Origin: Promethearchaeota archaeon
GTDB lineage: Archaea > Asgardarchaeota > Lokiarchaeia > Sigyniarchaeales > SOKP01
NCBI GenBank assembly: GCA_019057795.1
Contig: JAHLWS010000035.1
Coordinates: 1 to 37,074 of the forward strand
DNA length: 37,074 bases
Direction of reading: 5' to 3'
The notes under the pieces were generated by a model, which had not been told where the DNA came from, ran no database searches, and saw only the letters and a program-made list of their open reading frames with translations. Positions 9,769 through 19,242 of the stretch are shown piece by piece; the first letter of the stretch is position 1, and each line of letters opens with the position of its first letter. The translations under genes were made by a program, and so were the position numbers.

Positions 9769-11172
9769 TCAGCTCATCTTTTCGAAAACATAGATTTTTC
9801 TTTTTATTATTTGATTCTTTTTGGCATCAATTATAGCTCTAACTTGTCCTTTCTTAAATTGAAGCTTTCGATTCGATTTATTTACTATTCTGTTTAGATC
9901 TAACATCGGTACTAGTTTAAAGTTGTGCTTCCTAGCTATTTCTTCAATCTTTAATTGAACTTCGCCTCCATCAATTGTATTGAAGATCGGTAATACGATA
10001 CATATTCTGCGCTTAGGTTTTAAAACTTTATAACCTTCTCTAAAAGTAGCTTCGTAAATCGAGTTTAGTTTTGAATCAATAAGCTCTTTGGCTTCTGTGT
10101 AGTAGGGTTTTTGTTTGTAAAAAGGTCCCAATTCCGGTTCTGTGCATATCCCATCAAAATATTCCTTGTTAAAAGAAGATGATAATTTCTTAATGTCTAC
10201 TTTTTTAACCCTTTCATTTAACAAAAGTGGAATTGGTTCCTCAAGCTCTTTTAAAAGCCAATTTAAATTACGCAATGTATTCTTAACTTTGGTTTTATCA
10301 ATGTCAGAACCATAAATTTGAAAATCCTCTATTAATGCAAATAAAAGAACAGTACCATTTCCCACAAATGGATCAAGAATTACATTATTTTCTCTTTCTT
10401 CAAATAAATTTAAAAAATTTAACATTATAATAGCCAATTTTGGCGAAATACTGCTTTTAAACTCCTTAAATGGCCTTTCTTCGTCAATCTTTTTTTTAAA
10501 ATTCGGATCGTCAGCCGTAAAAGTACGCGCGATATATACTCCTTCTTCTGTAAAACCAAATATAATTTCTGCACGATCTTTATTGAATAAGCCATATTTT
10601 ATCAAGTGATGGGGGAAAATTGGATTTAAATTACCCGCTTTAATATTTTCTTCGGGGTACTTATAATATAACGATTTTTCAGCACCGTTCTCTTTTAACA
10701 AACTCATAATGGATTTATTCAAAAAAGGTAGAAAATGTTTTACTAACACGTCAGAATAATAATCATCATCAAATAGGTTTGGATAGATGGATACTGCGTA
10801 AAATAGACTTTCATTTTGTATTCTTGGGAATATCTTATTAAGCGTGGAGTTTATAACTTTTAAAATTCCCTTTCTAGTAAAGTCAATCTTTTTGAATTTC
10901 TCAACTATTTTCGGAAAGGCGTCGTAGATAGTTTGTATATCGATAAAATCATATATCTCGGCGATTTTCTGGCAACCTCCTAAAATATATTGAATTTTCA
11001 TCAAATCATTTACGTAATACCTGCTCTTTTGCAGCGATTCAAACTCAACTATCGCGATGTTTGCCGAATAATCCGTTATTCTTCCTTTGAATTCTGAGTT
11101 CTTTAAAAGGTTGTCCAGCTCTGCCAAAGACAGTTGCCAGTTCGAACCTAACACAAAAAGAAACCTATTCAA
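9769..11172 (-). CDS. Trm11/TrmG10-like SAM-dependent RNA (guanine-N2) methyltransferase
   Basis: FVLG...LSLAEL N-terminus, SISPKLAIIMLN, DPFVGNGT, GSDID, TEPELGP; TTG start. Confidence 0.8.
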   Translation of the reverse strand: MNRFLFVLGSNWQLSLAELDNLLKNSEFKGRITDYSANIAIVEFESLQKSRYYVNDLMKIQYILGGCQKIAEIYDFIDIQTIYDAFPKIVEKFKKIDFTRKGILKVINSTLNKIFPRIQNESLFYAVSIYPNLFDDDYYSDVLVKHFLPFLNKSIMSLLKENGAEKSLYYKYPEENIKAGNLNPIFPHHLIKYGLFNKDRAEIIFGFTEEGVYIARTFTADDPNFKKKIDEERPFKEFKSSISPKLAIIMLNFLNLFEERENNVILDPFVGNGTVLLFALIEDFQIYGSDIDKTKVKNTLRNLNWLLKELEEPIPLLLNERVKKVDIKKLSSSFNKEYFDGICTEPELGPFYKQKPYYTEAKELIDSKLNSIYEATFREGYKVLKPKRRICIVLPIFNTIDGGEVQLKIEEIARKHNFKLVPMLDLNRIVNKSNRKLQFKKGQVRAIIDAKKNQIIKRKIYVFEKMS

Positions 11173-11258
11173 AAAAAAAACCTATTTATTAAATAAAAAT
11201 GGTTTACTGTGATTTTTAAAAAGAAGCATGTTATTTTTATTTTTAGGTTAAGTTAAGA

Positions 11259-12533
11259 TTAATCTTCGTCTAAAACATAATTAATAATTTTAATAATATC
11301 TGCTTTTCGAGCTTTAGCTGGGAGGTTAATCTCATTCTTTTTACAATAACTTTTCAATTCTTTCACGGTTAAACTATTCAGGTCGTCTGGTAATTCTTCA
11401 GAGGATACTTCTGGTGCGTTTTTCTTAGTTTCTTCTGTAAATTCTTCATCATCTGGTGTAAATGAGCGTTCAAATCTTTCTCCTGTAATGTTTTCAATTG
11501 AACTTATAATATCTTCTAAATCTTCTTTCTTCCTTTTCGGTATCAAATCTATAACTTTTTCCTCTTCTTTTTCTTCTTTTGCAGCTTCCTTAAACTCAAG
11601 TTTTCTCTGATATCTTTCTTTTTGAATTTCTTTTAATTCCTTCATTATTGATTTATAATTATCTTTAAAATGTTTTAGACTAACATTAACTAAATCAGAA
11701 AAACTTTCCCACCTTTTTTCTTTAACAATAGAATTTGCCCAATAAAACAAATCTTTTTGTAAATCGATAGTAATTACTTGTCCTACGGAGTTAACATCTA
11801 AAGTGAGCCATCTTAATATATTTGTAATTAATATATCATTATCAAAAGCAGAAAACCCGTATTCTCTTCCAAGAGACGAAAATATAGATAATGTCCCAAA
11901 AGCGACGACTTTACCTTTGTAGTATTTAACGGAAACAAGCAAGGGGATCTTAGGACTATCTTCTTCAATTGATTTCTGTTTTTTGAATCTATTCCTCCAG
12001 CAGTTTAAACCGCCTCTTACTAATACCTCAACCTGTATATTTTTTTCGTCTTCTACAAAGCCTAAGGTTGCTAACGAACAGGCGCTTGATAAAACTATCT
12101 TTTTTATGTTTTCGGTGATATAATGTGGTTTAAATTTTGTTAATAACGGTCTTTTTTGCAAATTAACGTAATTCACCGAGTCATATACTTCATCTGGAAC
12201 GAATTCAAATCCAAATTTCCTCACTAATTCATTTATGTTGGTTCTATTTAAATATTCTCCACCTCGGGAGCCAATAATAAGTAAACTTCCACCAGTTCTT
12301 ACGTATTCCTCTAAAACTTCTATTTCTTCCGGTTTTAAGTTAATGTTCTTAGGTATAGAAATAATAACTGCATCGTAAATTCGTGCTTTCTCTAACGCGT
12401 AAAAACCAGCCTCAATCTTTCCTAATTTATAAGCAGATGCAAATAAGAACTGAGTGAAATCCGAATAGCTAGAAGCTTCTAAAGTTAACATATTATTGTG
12501 ACTATAGTCTAATCCAATTTTAATAATTTTCAA
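11259..12533 (-). CDS. GIFT/IFT52-N (DUF4350-like) domain + ribbon-helix-helix + coiled-coil/acidic linker + SAP/HeH domain protein
   Basis: IGLDYSHNN, EIEVLEEYVRTGGSLLIIG, INELVRKFGFEF, GKVVAFG, DNDILITNILRWL; VITIDLQKDL..W...VKEKRWESFSDLV; LNSLTVKELKSYCKKNEINLPAKARKADII; TTG start after GGTGGG. Confidence 0.75.
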   Translation of the reverse strand: MKIIKIGLDYSHNNMLTLEASSYSDFTQFLFASAYKLGKIEAGFYALEKARIYDAVIISIPKNINLKPEEIEVLEEYVRTGGSLLIIGSRGGEYLNRTNINELVRKFGFEFVPDEVYDSVNYVNLQKRPLLTKFKPHYITENIKKIVLSSACSLATLGFVEDEKNIQVEVLVRGGLNCWRNRFKKQKSIEEDSPKIPLLVSVKYYKGKVVAFGTLSIFSSLGREYGFSAFDNDILITNILRWLTLDVNSVGQVITIDLQKDLFYWANSIVKEKRWESFSDLVNVSLKHFKDNYKSIMKELKEIQKERYQRKLEFKEAAKEEKEEEKVIDLIPKRKKEDLEDIISSIENITGERFERSFTPDDEEFTEETKKNAPEVSSEELPDDLNSLTVKELKSYCKKNEINLPAKARKADIIKIINYVLDED

Positions 12534-12727
12534 AAATACCCACCAAAATCATTTTAATAATTTTATTCTAAAATATAATAATTTCTACTTTTATATATTT
12601 TACAGTATAATTCTTACTTTTTTACTCGCTTAAAGAGAATAATAAAACCAAGTAATATTTCCATTTTATAAAATTGTAAAATGTTGATTTAGTTTAAAAA
12701 ATAAAAGAAAAAAAAGTTAAATAAGGA

Positions 12728-13825
12728 TTAGATTTTGACAACAATATTTTTTCTTGCTAGCAATAGCGCTATTCCTGCTTCTATAACTATTGGTAAAACG
12801 CCAACCAGAATCATTGTGAGTATAGGGTTTGCTATAAGAAAATCTCTATAACCATCTGCTAAAAACCCAACGTATTGATCGAATATAAATGCTATAATGA
12901 ACAAAAGTAGCATATTTTTTCCCATTTCGGAAAGCACTGGGACTTTAAAATTCATTTTCTCAAACCCATAAAAGACTGCGATCAAGAATCCAGATGCAGC
13001 TATTGCTAGCAAAGCAAGAGAGGTTGTGGCGTCGTGATGCTCTGCTGATTGAATCCAGTCAAAACAATAAAATGCTATAATCGCAATTGTAGATACTGGA
13101 AGAATTCTTTTCTTAAATCCAACATTAGGGTCGCTAGGATCAAGTTTATACCATTGAGAAAAGCAAGTACCTGCAATCGCAATGGCGGCGTGATTAAGAG
13201 CGTTCCACGGAAATATTAGAGGTCCATCGACTGGTCCATAATGGTCAAAAAACGGGAGAAAATATAATGTAGCGTGTAAAATTAGTATGCCCATACATAA
13301 ATAGATTCTATAATCCGCTTTTTTTGGAATAAGGAATACGCTTAAATACGCTGCGAACGAGCCAATTGCCAGATTTGCGAGCGTTCCTTTGTATAGAACC
13401 TCATCCCAAGGAATAGAACCTTCAAGAAGCAAACCTCCAATTAAACCATCAGCCAATAAGGCTAAGCCATATAGAACAGCAACCCTTATAATACCGTGTT
13501 TCCACGCCGCACCAATACCTTTCTTATCTCTTCTACTAGTAAATGCGATAAAACCAACATACCCTAATATAAACATGAATATTTGTTGGCCGATGTCTAT
13601 AATAGTGATTATCGCCGGATATCCTTTATAATATTGAAAGCCATGGTTTAAAAGAGGGGGTCCTATTGGAGTAACACCACCTAAAAAATCACCCGATAAC
13701 GGCCATGTTATTACAGAGACGATCAATAGAATAATAATTAAGCCTCGGAATTGATCTAACCATTCGTATCGCTTATGTAATTGTTCCGTTTTTTCTGATT
13801 CAGCTTCAATTTTTTCTTCAGACAT
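12728..13825 (-). CDS. HGSNAT/DUF5009-like membrane acyltransferase
   Basis: RYEWLDQFRG, conserved His (LLNHG), TIIDIGQQIFMFILG; about 10 TM; ATG at 13825 preferred over TTG at 13831. Confidence 0.75.
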   Translation of the reverse strand: MSEEKIEAESEKTEQLHKRYEWLDQFRGLIIILLIVSVITWPLSGDFLGGVTPIGPPLLNHGFQYYKGYPAIITIIDIGQQIFMFILGYVGFIAFTSRRDKKGIGAAWKHGIIRVAVLYGLALLADGLIGGLLLEGSIPWDEVLYKGTLANLAIGSFAAYLSVFLIPKKADYRIYLCMGILILHATLYFLPFFDHYGPVDGPLIFPWNALNHAAIAIAGTCFSQWYKLDPSDPNVGFKKRILPVSTIAIIAFYCFDWIQSAEHHDATTSLALLAIAASGFLIAVFYGFEKMNFKVPVLSEMGKNMLLLFIIAFIFDQYVGFLADGYRDFLIANPILTMILVGVLPIVIEAGIALLLARKNIVVKI

Positions 13826-13993
13826 TTTCAATCATTTTTTTCGATTTATATTATAAAATTTTTTAAAAAAATACTGTAATTATTAGTTTTGATCAATGCG
13901 AATTTAAAAATATCGCTTTAAAAAAACTTAACTTATTATAAGATTACGACGAATTAAAATTAATTTTATAAATTTTATACATGTGAGCTAAAT

Positions 13994-15454
13994 ATGAAGA
14001 AACGGGAGCTTATTTCGTTATTTTTCTTTTTATCTTTAATCTTAATCATTTTAATGGATAGTGCTTTATTCCTTCCTAATGAAGTTTTAATTGCTGCAGA
14101 TTTAGGTATATATTTTGATAGTATAGGGATCATCATTAGCGTCTATACCATCGTTAATGGAGTTTCGATACTAATGTTTGGTTATTTAACCGATTTGATA
14201 AAAAGAAAAAAGATTTTAATTTTTGCGGGGTGTTTATGGTCAATGACGGCTATATTACACATATTTATAGAAGAATTTTGGCAATTAATCCTTGCTAGAA
14301 TTGTTGCTGCGATTGCTGTAAGCGTAACAACTCCACTTGTAATTTCTTATTTAGCTGATATAATTTCATCGGATTCTCGTTCAAAATCTTTCGCCTTCTG
14401 GGGTTTAATATCATCTATTGGAAGTCTCGTTGCTGGAGCAATTGCTTTAGCGTTTAACGCTATTGACTATGGAGCGATTGAATCGTTAAGCATTCCTGAA
14501 AAAATTGACTTTATTGCCATTACTTATCCCGATTTTTTATATACATGGCGGTTACCGTACTTTTTCCTGGGAATTATTGCGCTTATCTTTACTATACTGA
14601 ATTTTTTTATTACCGTAGAACCTAAAAGAGCGGCAAAAGAGAAATATTTAGAAAATGTTTTAATAGACGAAGACATGCGCTATTCATATAAAATTAAATT
14701 TTCAGATTTGAAGTTTATTTTTAAAAGAAAGTCAAACTTCTTTTTAATGTTTAACTTTTTCGATGTTATTGCTTCCGGACTATTAGTAGCTTATATATTT
14801 CCTTATATTCAACTTGAAATTGGTGTTAATGTCGTTGATCTCAAGGTTATTATTTTATTATTGTTTGCGGTGGTGTTAGGATTAATCATTGGTCAGTTTG
14901 GGCTTGCACATTGGGGAGATAAAAAAGTTCAAAATGGAGATCTCTCTGGTAGGGTGAAGGTAGCGGTAATTTGTTCAATTTTAAATCTACCCTTTCTCTT
15001 ATTTGCATTTGCGATGTCACCTAATGTAACGAGCTCAACTTTCTTTTTTGGTGCTTTATTAGTCAACGATGTTGTATTTTGGGTTTTATGGTTAATTTAT
15101 TGCATGTTTATAGGTCTTGGGCTTGCTTTTACAATGGGTATTGGTCCTAACTGGTATAGTTCTCTTATTGATGTAAATTTTCCCGAAAATCGAGGTACCA
15201 TGATTGCGGTGGGCTCCTTTATTGACACTATAGGGCGCGCATCAGGCGCCATTATTGGTGGCTTCGTGGTTACTATGACAGGTAGTTTTTCTGCTACAAT
15301 TTTTTGGTCCACGCTAATTTTTGGACTAATTTCTATTTGCTTTTGGGTTCCACTTTTCTTTACTGCTGAAAAAGATTATTTAGAAATAAACGAGGAAATG
15401 AAAATTAGAGCTTCTTCGTTAAGCAAAATGAAAGTAGAGGAATCTAGGCAATAA
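13994..15454 (+). CDS. MFS transporter (spinster-like)
   Basis: FGYLTDLIKRKK motif A, YLADIISSDSRS, DVNFPENRG; about 12 TM. Confidence 0.9.
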   Translation: MKKRELISLFFFLSLILIILMDSALFLPNEVLIAADLGIYFDSIGIIISVYTIVNGVSILMFGYLTDLIKRKKILIFAGCLWSMTAILHIFIEEFWQLILARIVAAIAVSVTTPLVISYLADIISSDSRSKSFAFWGLISSIGSLVAGAIALAFNAIDYGAIESLSIPEKIDFIAITYPDFLYTWRLPYFFLGIIALIFTILNFFITVEPKRAAKEKYLENVLIDEDMRYSYKIKFSDLKFIFKRKSNFFLMFNFFDVIASGLLVAYIFPYIQLEIGVNVVDLKVIILLLFAVVLGLIIGQFGLAHWGDKKVQNGDLSGRVKVAVICSILNLPFLLFAFAMSPNVTSSTFFFGALLVNDVVFWVLWLIYCMFIGLGLAFTMGIGPNWYSSLIDVNFPENRGTMIAVGSFIDTIGRASGAIIGGFVVTMTGSFSATIFWSTLIFGLISICFWVPLFFTAEKDYLEINEEMKIRASSLSKMKVEESRQ

Positions 15455-15456
15455 TT

Positions 15457-16257
15457 TTAATGAGTAAGTGTTGTTTCTTCTTTAATTGATAGGACTTTTT
15501 TAATCCAACCAGGAAGGATAAATCCAAGGTAAAAGAAAAAAGTCGCTAACGCTAAGATAATTCTCATCAATACTAATAAAAGGGGACTCATCTCAATTAT
15601 GGCATCAAATATTGCAGAGATTCCAAATAATAAAAAACCTATCAATAAAAACCTTCCTTTCCAGCGAATCTCAGGAGGTTCTTCTTTTTTCATGGATTTT
15701 GCAGCAAAATGAAACCCTGTTATGCAAGCCGTCAATATACTCAAACCTAAAAATATCAATACAAAACCCTTATAATCAATGTCCATAGGATTAGTTGGAT
15801 CATGTATAATTCCTAGTAATGAATCAACAGGTGCTCCTGGAGCTAATAGAAGGAAGTATAATAAATACAATTCAAAAAAAATCGATATTATTCCATATAG
15901 GATAAGTACTGGCTTCTTTATTTTTGGTTTTATAGTAGACAAATAAACGTTTAGCCAGGCTAGTATGGCAATAGGCACGCCTACAGTACCAATAAGAACA
16001 TATATTTGGTAATTTAGAAACTCTCCAGTAATAATCCAATACAAATATCCCAATCCACTTGGATACCAAGGAGATAATGTAAAAATAATACATAAAAAGA
16101 AGTTAAAGATTAAAAACTGCTTTGTTTTAAAAAATTTAATCAAAACAATAAAACCTAAAAGAAAACTTAATAATACGGCAATTAAGGCAGTTAAGCCTGA
16201 AATTTTTGCTAAATCACTTAGAACTTGAAATATCATTTTCTCGACCTTTGGATTCAA
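15457..16257 (-). CDS. Stand-alone 7-TM membrane protein (HisKA-7TM/receptor-like)
   Basis: Seven hydrophobic segments, basic loop KSMKKEEPPEIRWKGRF before TM6, no soluble output domain. Confidence 0.7.
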   Translation of the reverse strand: MNPKVEKMIFQVLSDLAKISGLTALIAVLLSFLLGFIVLIKFFKTKQFLIFNFFLCIIFTLSPWYPSGLGYLYWIITGEFLNYQIYVLIGTVGVPIAILAWLNVYLSTIKPKIKKPVLILYGIISIFFELYLLYFLLLAPGAPVDSLLGIIHDPTNPMDIDYKGFVLIFLGLSILTACITGFHFAAKSMKKEEPPEIRWKGRFLLIGFLLFGISAIFDAIIEMSPLLLVLMRIILALATFFFYLGFILPGWIKKVLSIKEETTLTH

Positions 16258-16350
16258 AAAATTTTCTAAGTAAAAATCTTAAGTAATTACATAGCACAAC
16301 TACAGTAATTTAAATCTATTTTAATTTAAAAATGAGAATCAAAATTGAAA

Positions 16351-17208
16351 TCAATCTTTACATACTAAGATATCGACAACGACATGGTATAAATGTGGAC
16401 CATAACTTTTTACAAATCTTTTTGATAATAGCTTACATTTATAATTACTTGTTTCCGCAATTTCTTTAAATTCAATGAACAAACTTAGGTAATTTTCTTT
16501 CGTAGCAACACCTTCATAATGAAAGGTTGTTCCACTCTCCTTTATTAAAGTTAAAGCCTCTTTAATAAAGTCTTTTGGAGCTGGAAAAACACCCATAATC
16601 ACTCGATCAGCTCTCACTCCAGATTTACTCAATTTAATAACCTCGCTCTTACTATCGCCGTTAATTGGGATAATGATATTATCGAGATGATTAATTTTGA
16701 TATTTTCAGTTAAATATTTAAAGGATTCAAGGTTGAGTTCTATACTATATATTATTTTTGGCTTTGAATGTCTCGCGATTGGCAAAGAAAAGTATCCAAT
16801 ACCCGCGAACATGTCAACAATTACTTCATTTTCTTTCACTAATGTTGATAAAAATTTTCTTTCGTTCAGATTTCCCATACTAAACATTATCTTAGTAAAA
16901 TCGAATCTATAGATAACTCCGTGTTCTTTATGTTCCACAATTGGATTATCTTCTCCCACTAAAAACACGACATTTTCTGGTGTTCTATATTTTCCTTTAA
17001 TTTTGCCCGTGTTTAAATAAACGGACTTAGTACTCGGTAAAAGTTCCATATACTTTTTGGCAATGAGGATTTTTTTTTCCAGTAGCAAGGGATTTAATTT
17101 TATTATTATTACTCTACCAATAGTTTGGAAACCTCGCGGAAGAACTGATAATTCTTCGTCGTTCATTATCTCTCTTAACTCTTCCTTGAAGTTATCTTTA
17201 AATCCCAT
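16351..17208 (-). CDS. taw2: tRNA wybutosine-synthesis protein Taw2/TYW2 (Trm5/Met-10+ family)
   Basis: LPRGFQTIG, HKEHG, MFSMGNLNER, DMFAGIGYF, ADRVIMG, VKSYGP. Confidence 0.8.
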   Translation of the reverse strand: MGFKDNFKEELREIMNDEELSVLPRGFQTIGRVIIIKLNPLLLEKKILIAKKYMELLPSTKSVYLNTGKIKGKYRTPENVVFLVGEDNPIVEHKEHGVIYRFDFTKIMFSMGNLNERKFLSTLVKENEVIVDMFAGIGYFSLPIARHSKPKIIYSIELNLESFKYLTENIKINHLDNIIIPINGDSKSEVIKLSKSGVRADRVIMGVFPAPKDFIKEALTLIKESGTTFHYEGVATKENYLSLFIEFKEIAETSNYKCKLLSKRFVKSYGPHLYHVVVDILVCKD

Positions 17209-17358
17209 AAATGTTCAAAATTGTCTATAAATAAATTGAAACTTAAACCAAATCAAGTTAAATTATTATATAATAGTATATCAAACATATTATAATAATA
17301 GAAATTTATTCTATTATCTAAATATAAAATATGGTACTGAAAAATTAGTGGATAAAAA

Positions 17359-19218
17359 ATGACAAGTTTAAATGATAAAGAATTTTTAGTCGACGAAAAT
17401 AAAATATGGTTTACTGGCGGTTACTGGCCTGAAGGCGTTCCAAAGCAACTTAAAGACGTGGAAGGTATTGATATAACACCACTGTGGAAGGGATTTATTA
17501 AGTCTGCCGATGATTATGGAATATGGGATCAAGATATTTGTATATTTGCTTATGGTTCATACATGGAAAGAGTTAAACTAAGAAAATTATTTGAGTACGC
17601 AAAAAAATTTGGTACTTTCCTTTACCATACTTTAGGTATCAGAAAAGGAGATGTAGTAGCAATTGATCTTCCTAATTCTATAAATTTTGTTGTTGCCTAT
17701 ATGGGTTGTCAATATATTGGTGCAATCGTACAGGGTATCAATCCTACATATAAACCAATGGAGTTATTACATGCTCTAACTATGACGATGGCGAAAGTTT
17801 TAGTACTAATGGATATGTTATATATCGCTGGACCTGCTACTATTCTTCCAAAAACTAGCGTAAAGTACTTGATACCTTCGAATTTTACCGATTTTTTCAC
17901 CGCTGATGAGGAAACTATACAACAACTTGGTATTCCAAATGCTAAAGAAAAAATTCCAAATGAAACAGAGGATTACAAAATTCATTGGATGGACAAGATA
18001 ATAGCCGAAACTGAACCAAAAGATATTACCGTAGATATTGACCCATGGACTGATCCCGCAGTATACCTTATGACTGGTGGAACAACGGGGTTACCTAAAG
18101 TAGCTATGCTTAGTCATGCGAACCTCATCTCAAACTTATATATGATTAAACCGTGGACAAATCTCCAACCAGGTATGGTGACCATAGGATCTATCCCCTT
18201 CTTTCACAGCTTCGGACTCACGTGCGTAATGTCGGGAGCTTTATCTTTAGGAATGCAAATGCTTCTATTTCCAAAGCCCCCTTCAGACGATGTTTTATCC
18301 GAGACAATAAATAAACTTGAAGCCCCTCAAGGAATTATGTATACTGGCGTTGAAATGCTATTTAAGAGATTAACTGATTATGTAAATGAAATGGGCGTTG
18401 AGGAGTATAACAAAAAGTACGATTTTACGAAAAAACTGAAATATGCTACACAAGGAGCGGGACCTCTACACGATTATGTTCGCGTTCCTTTTGAAGATAT
18501 CTTTTGCCCGATACGAGTTGGTTATGGTTTAACAGAAACATCTCCTGTAGTAAGTGTAGCACCATTTTGGGGCCCAAATAAAGCTGGAAAATTAGGATTA
18601 CCCCTCCCTGGTACCGATTGGGCGATTTTTGATTCCGAAAATTTTGAAGCTGGACCAATTTGCGACGGAACTCTTGAAAAAAATAATTTTGGCGTAGAAC
18701 ATACGGGTGAAATCTGTGTTGCAGGACCTCAAGTCATGCTGGGTTATTTAGGAAAACAAAAGGAACAGGAAGATAACCTTAAAATGTGGGGCGGAAAACG
18801 CTGGCTACTTACGGGAGATATTGGATTTATGGACGAGCACGGTTTCTGTGAAATAAGAGATAGGAAGAAATCGCTAATCAAAGTTTCTGGTCATTCTGTG
18901 TATCCAAAAGAAGTCGAGGAACTAATGGGAAACCATCCTGCGATAGACCAAGTTGCTGTAGCAGGATTACCAGACGAAAAAACTGGTGAAAAGGTGAAAG
19001 CATGGGTAGTATTAAAGAAAGGGTTTAAAGTTGGAAAGAATATCGAAATTGAAGATATTAAAAAATGGTGCATGGAAAATATGGCGAAATGGAAGAGCCC
19101 AAGACTAATCGAGGTTGCTCGAAAACTCCCCGTGTCAATAACTGGAAAAGTACAGAGAAGAGTACTCCAAGAAAAAGATATTTCAAAAATGGAAAGCGGA
19201 AAAGAAATAAAAGGTTAA
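17359..19218 (+). CDS. fadD: Long-chain fatty acid/acyl-CoA ligase (AMP-forming)
   Basis: MTGGTTGLPK, GYGLTETSP, GPQVMLGY, TGDIG, DRKK, LPVSITGK. Confidence 0.92.
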   Translation: MTSLNDKEFLVDENKIWFTGGYWPEGVPKQLKDVEGIDITPLWKGFIKSADDYGIWDQDICIFAYGSYMERVKLRKLFEYAKKFGTFLYHTLGIRKGDVVAIDLPNSINFVVAYMGCQYIGAIVQGINPTYKPMELLHALTMTMAKVLVLMDMLYIAGPATILPKTSVKYLIPSNFTDFFTADEETIQQLGIPNAKEKIPNETEDYKIHWMDKIIAETEPKDITVDIDPWTDPAVYLMTGGTTGLPKVAMLSHANLISNLYMIKPWTNLQPGMVTIGSIPFFHSFGLTCVMSGALSLGMQMLLFPKPPSDDVLSETINKLEAPQGIMYTGVEMLFKRLTDYVNEMGVEEYNKKYDFTKKLKYATQGAGPLHDYVRVPFEDIFCPIRVGYGLTETSPVVSVAPFWGPNKAGKLGLPLPGTDWAIFDSENFEAGPICDGTLEKNNFGVEHTGEICVAGPQVMLGYLGKQKEQEDNLKMWGGKRWLLTGDIGFMDEHGFCEIRDRKKSLIKVSGHSVYPKEVEELMGNHPAIDQVAVAGLPDEKTGEKVKAWVVLKKGFKVGKNIEIEDIKKWCMENMAKWKSPRLIEVARKLPVSITGKVQRRVLQEKDISKMESGKEIKG

Positions 19219-19242
19219 TCTTTTTTATTATTTTTTTTAATT
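19219..19242 (+). terminator. Oligo-T terminator between convergent genes
   Basis: tcttttttattattttttttaatt directly after the ligase stop. Confidence 0.5.
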
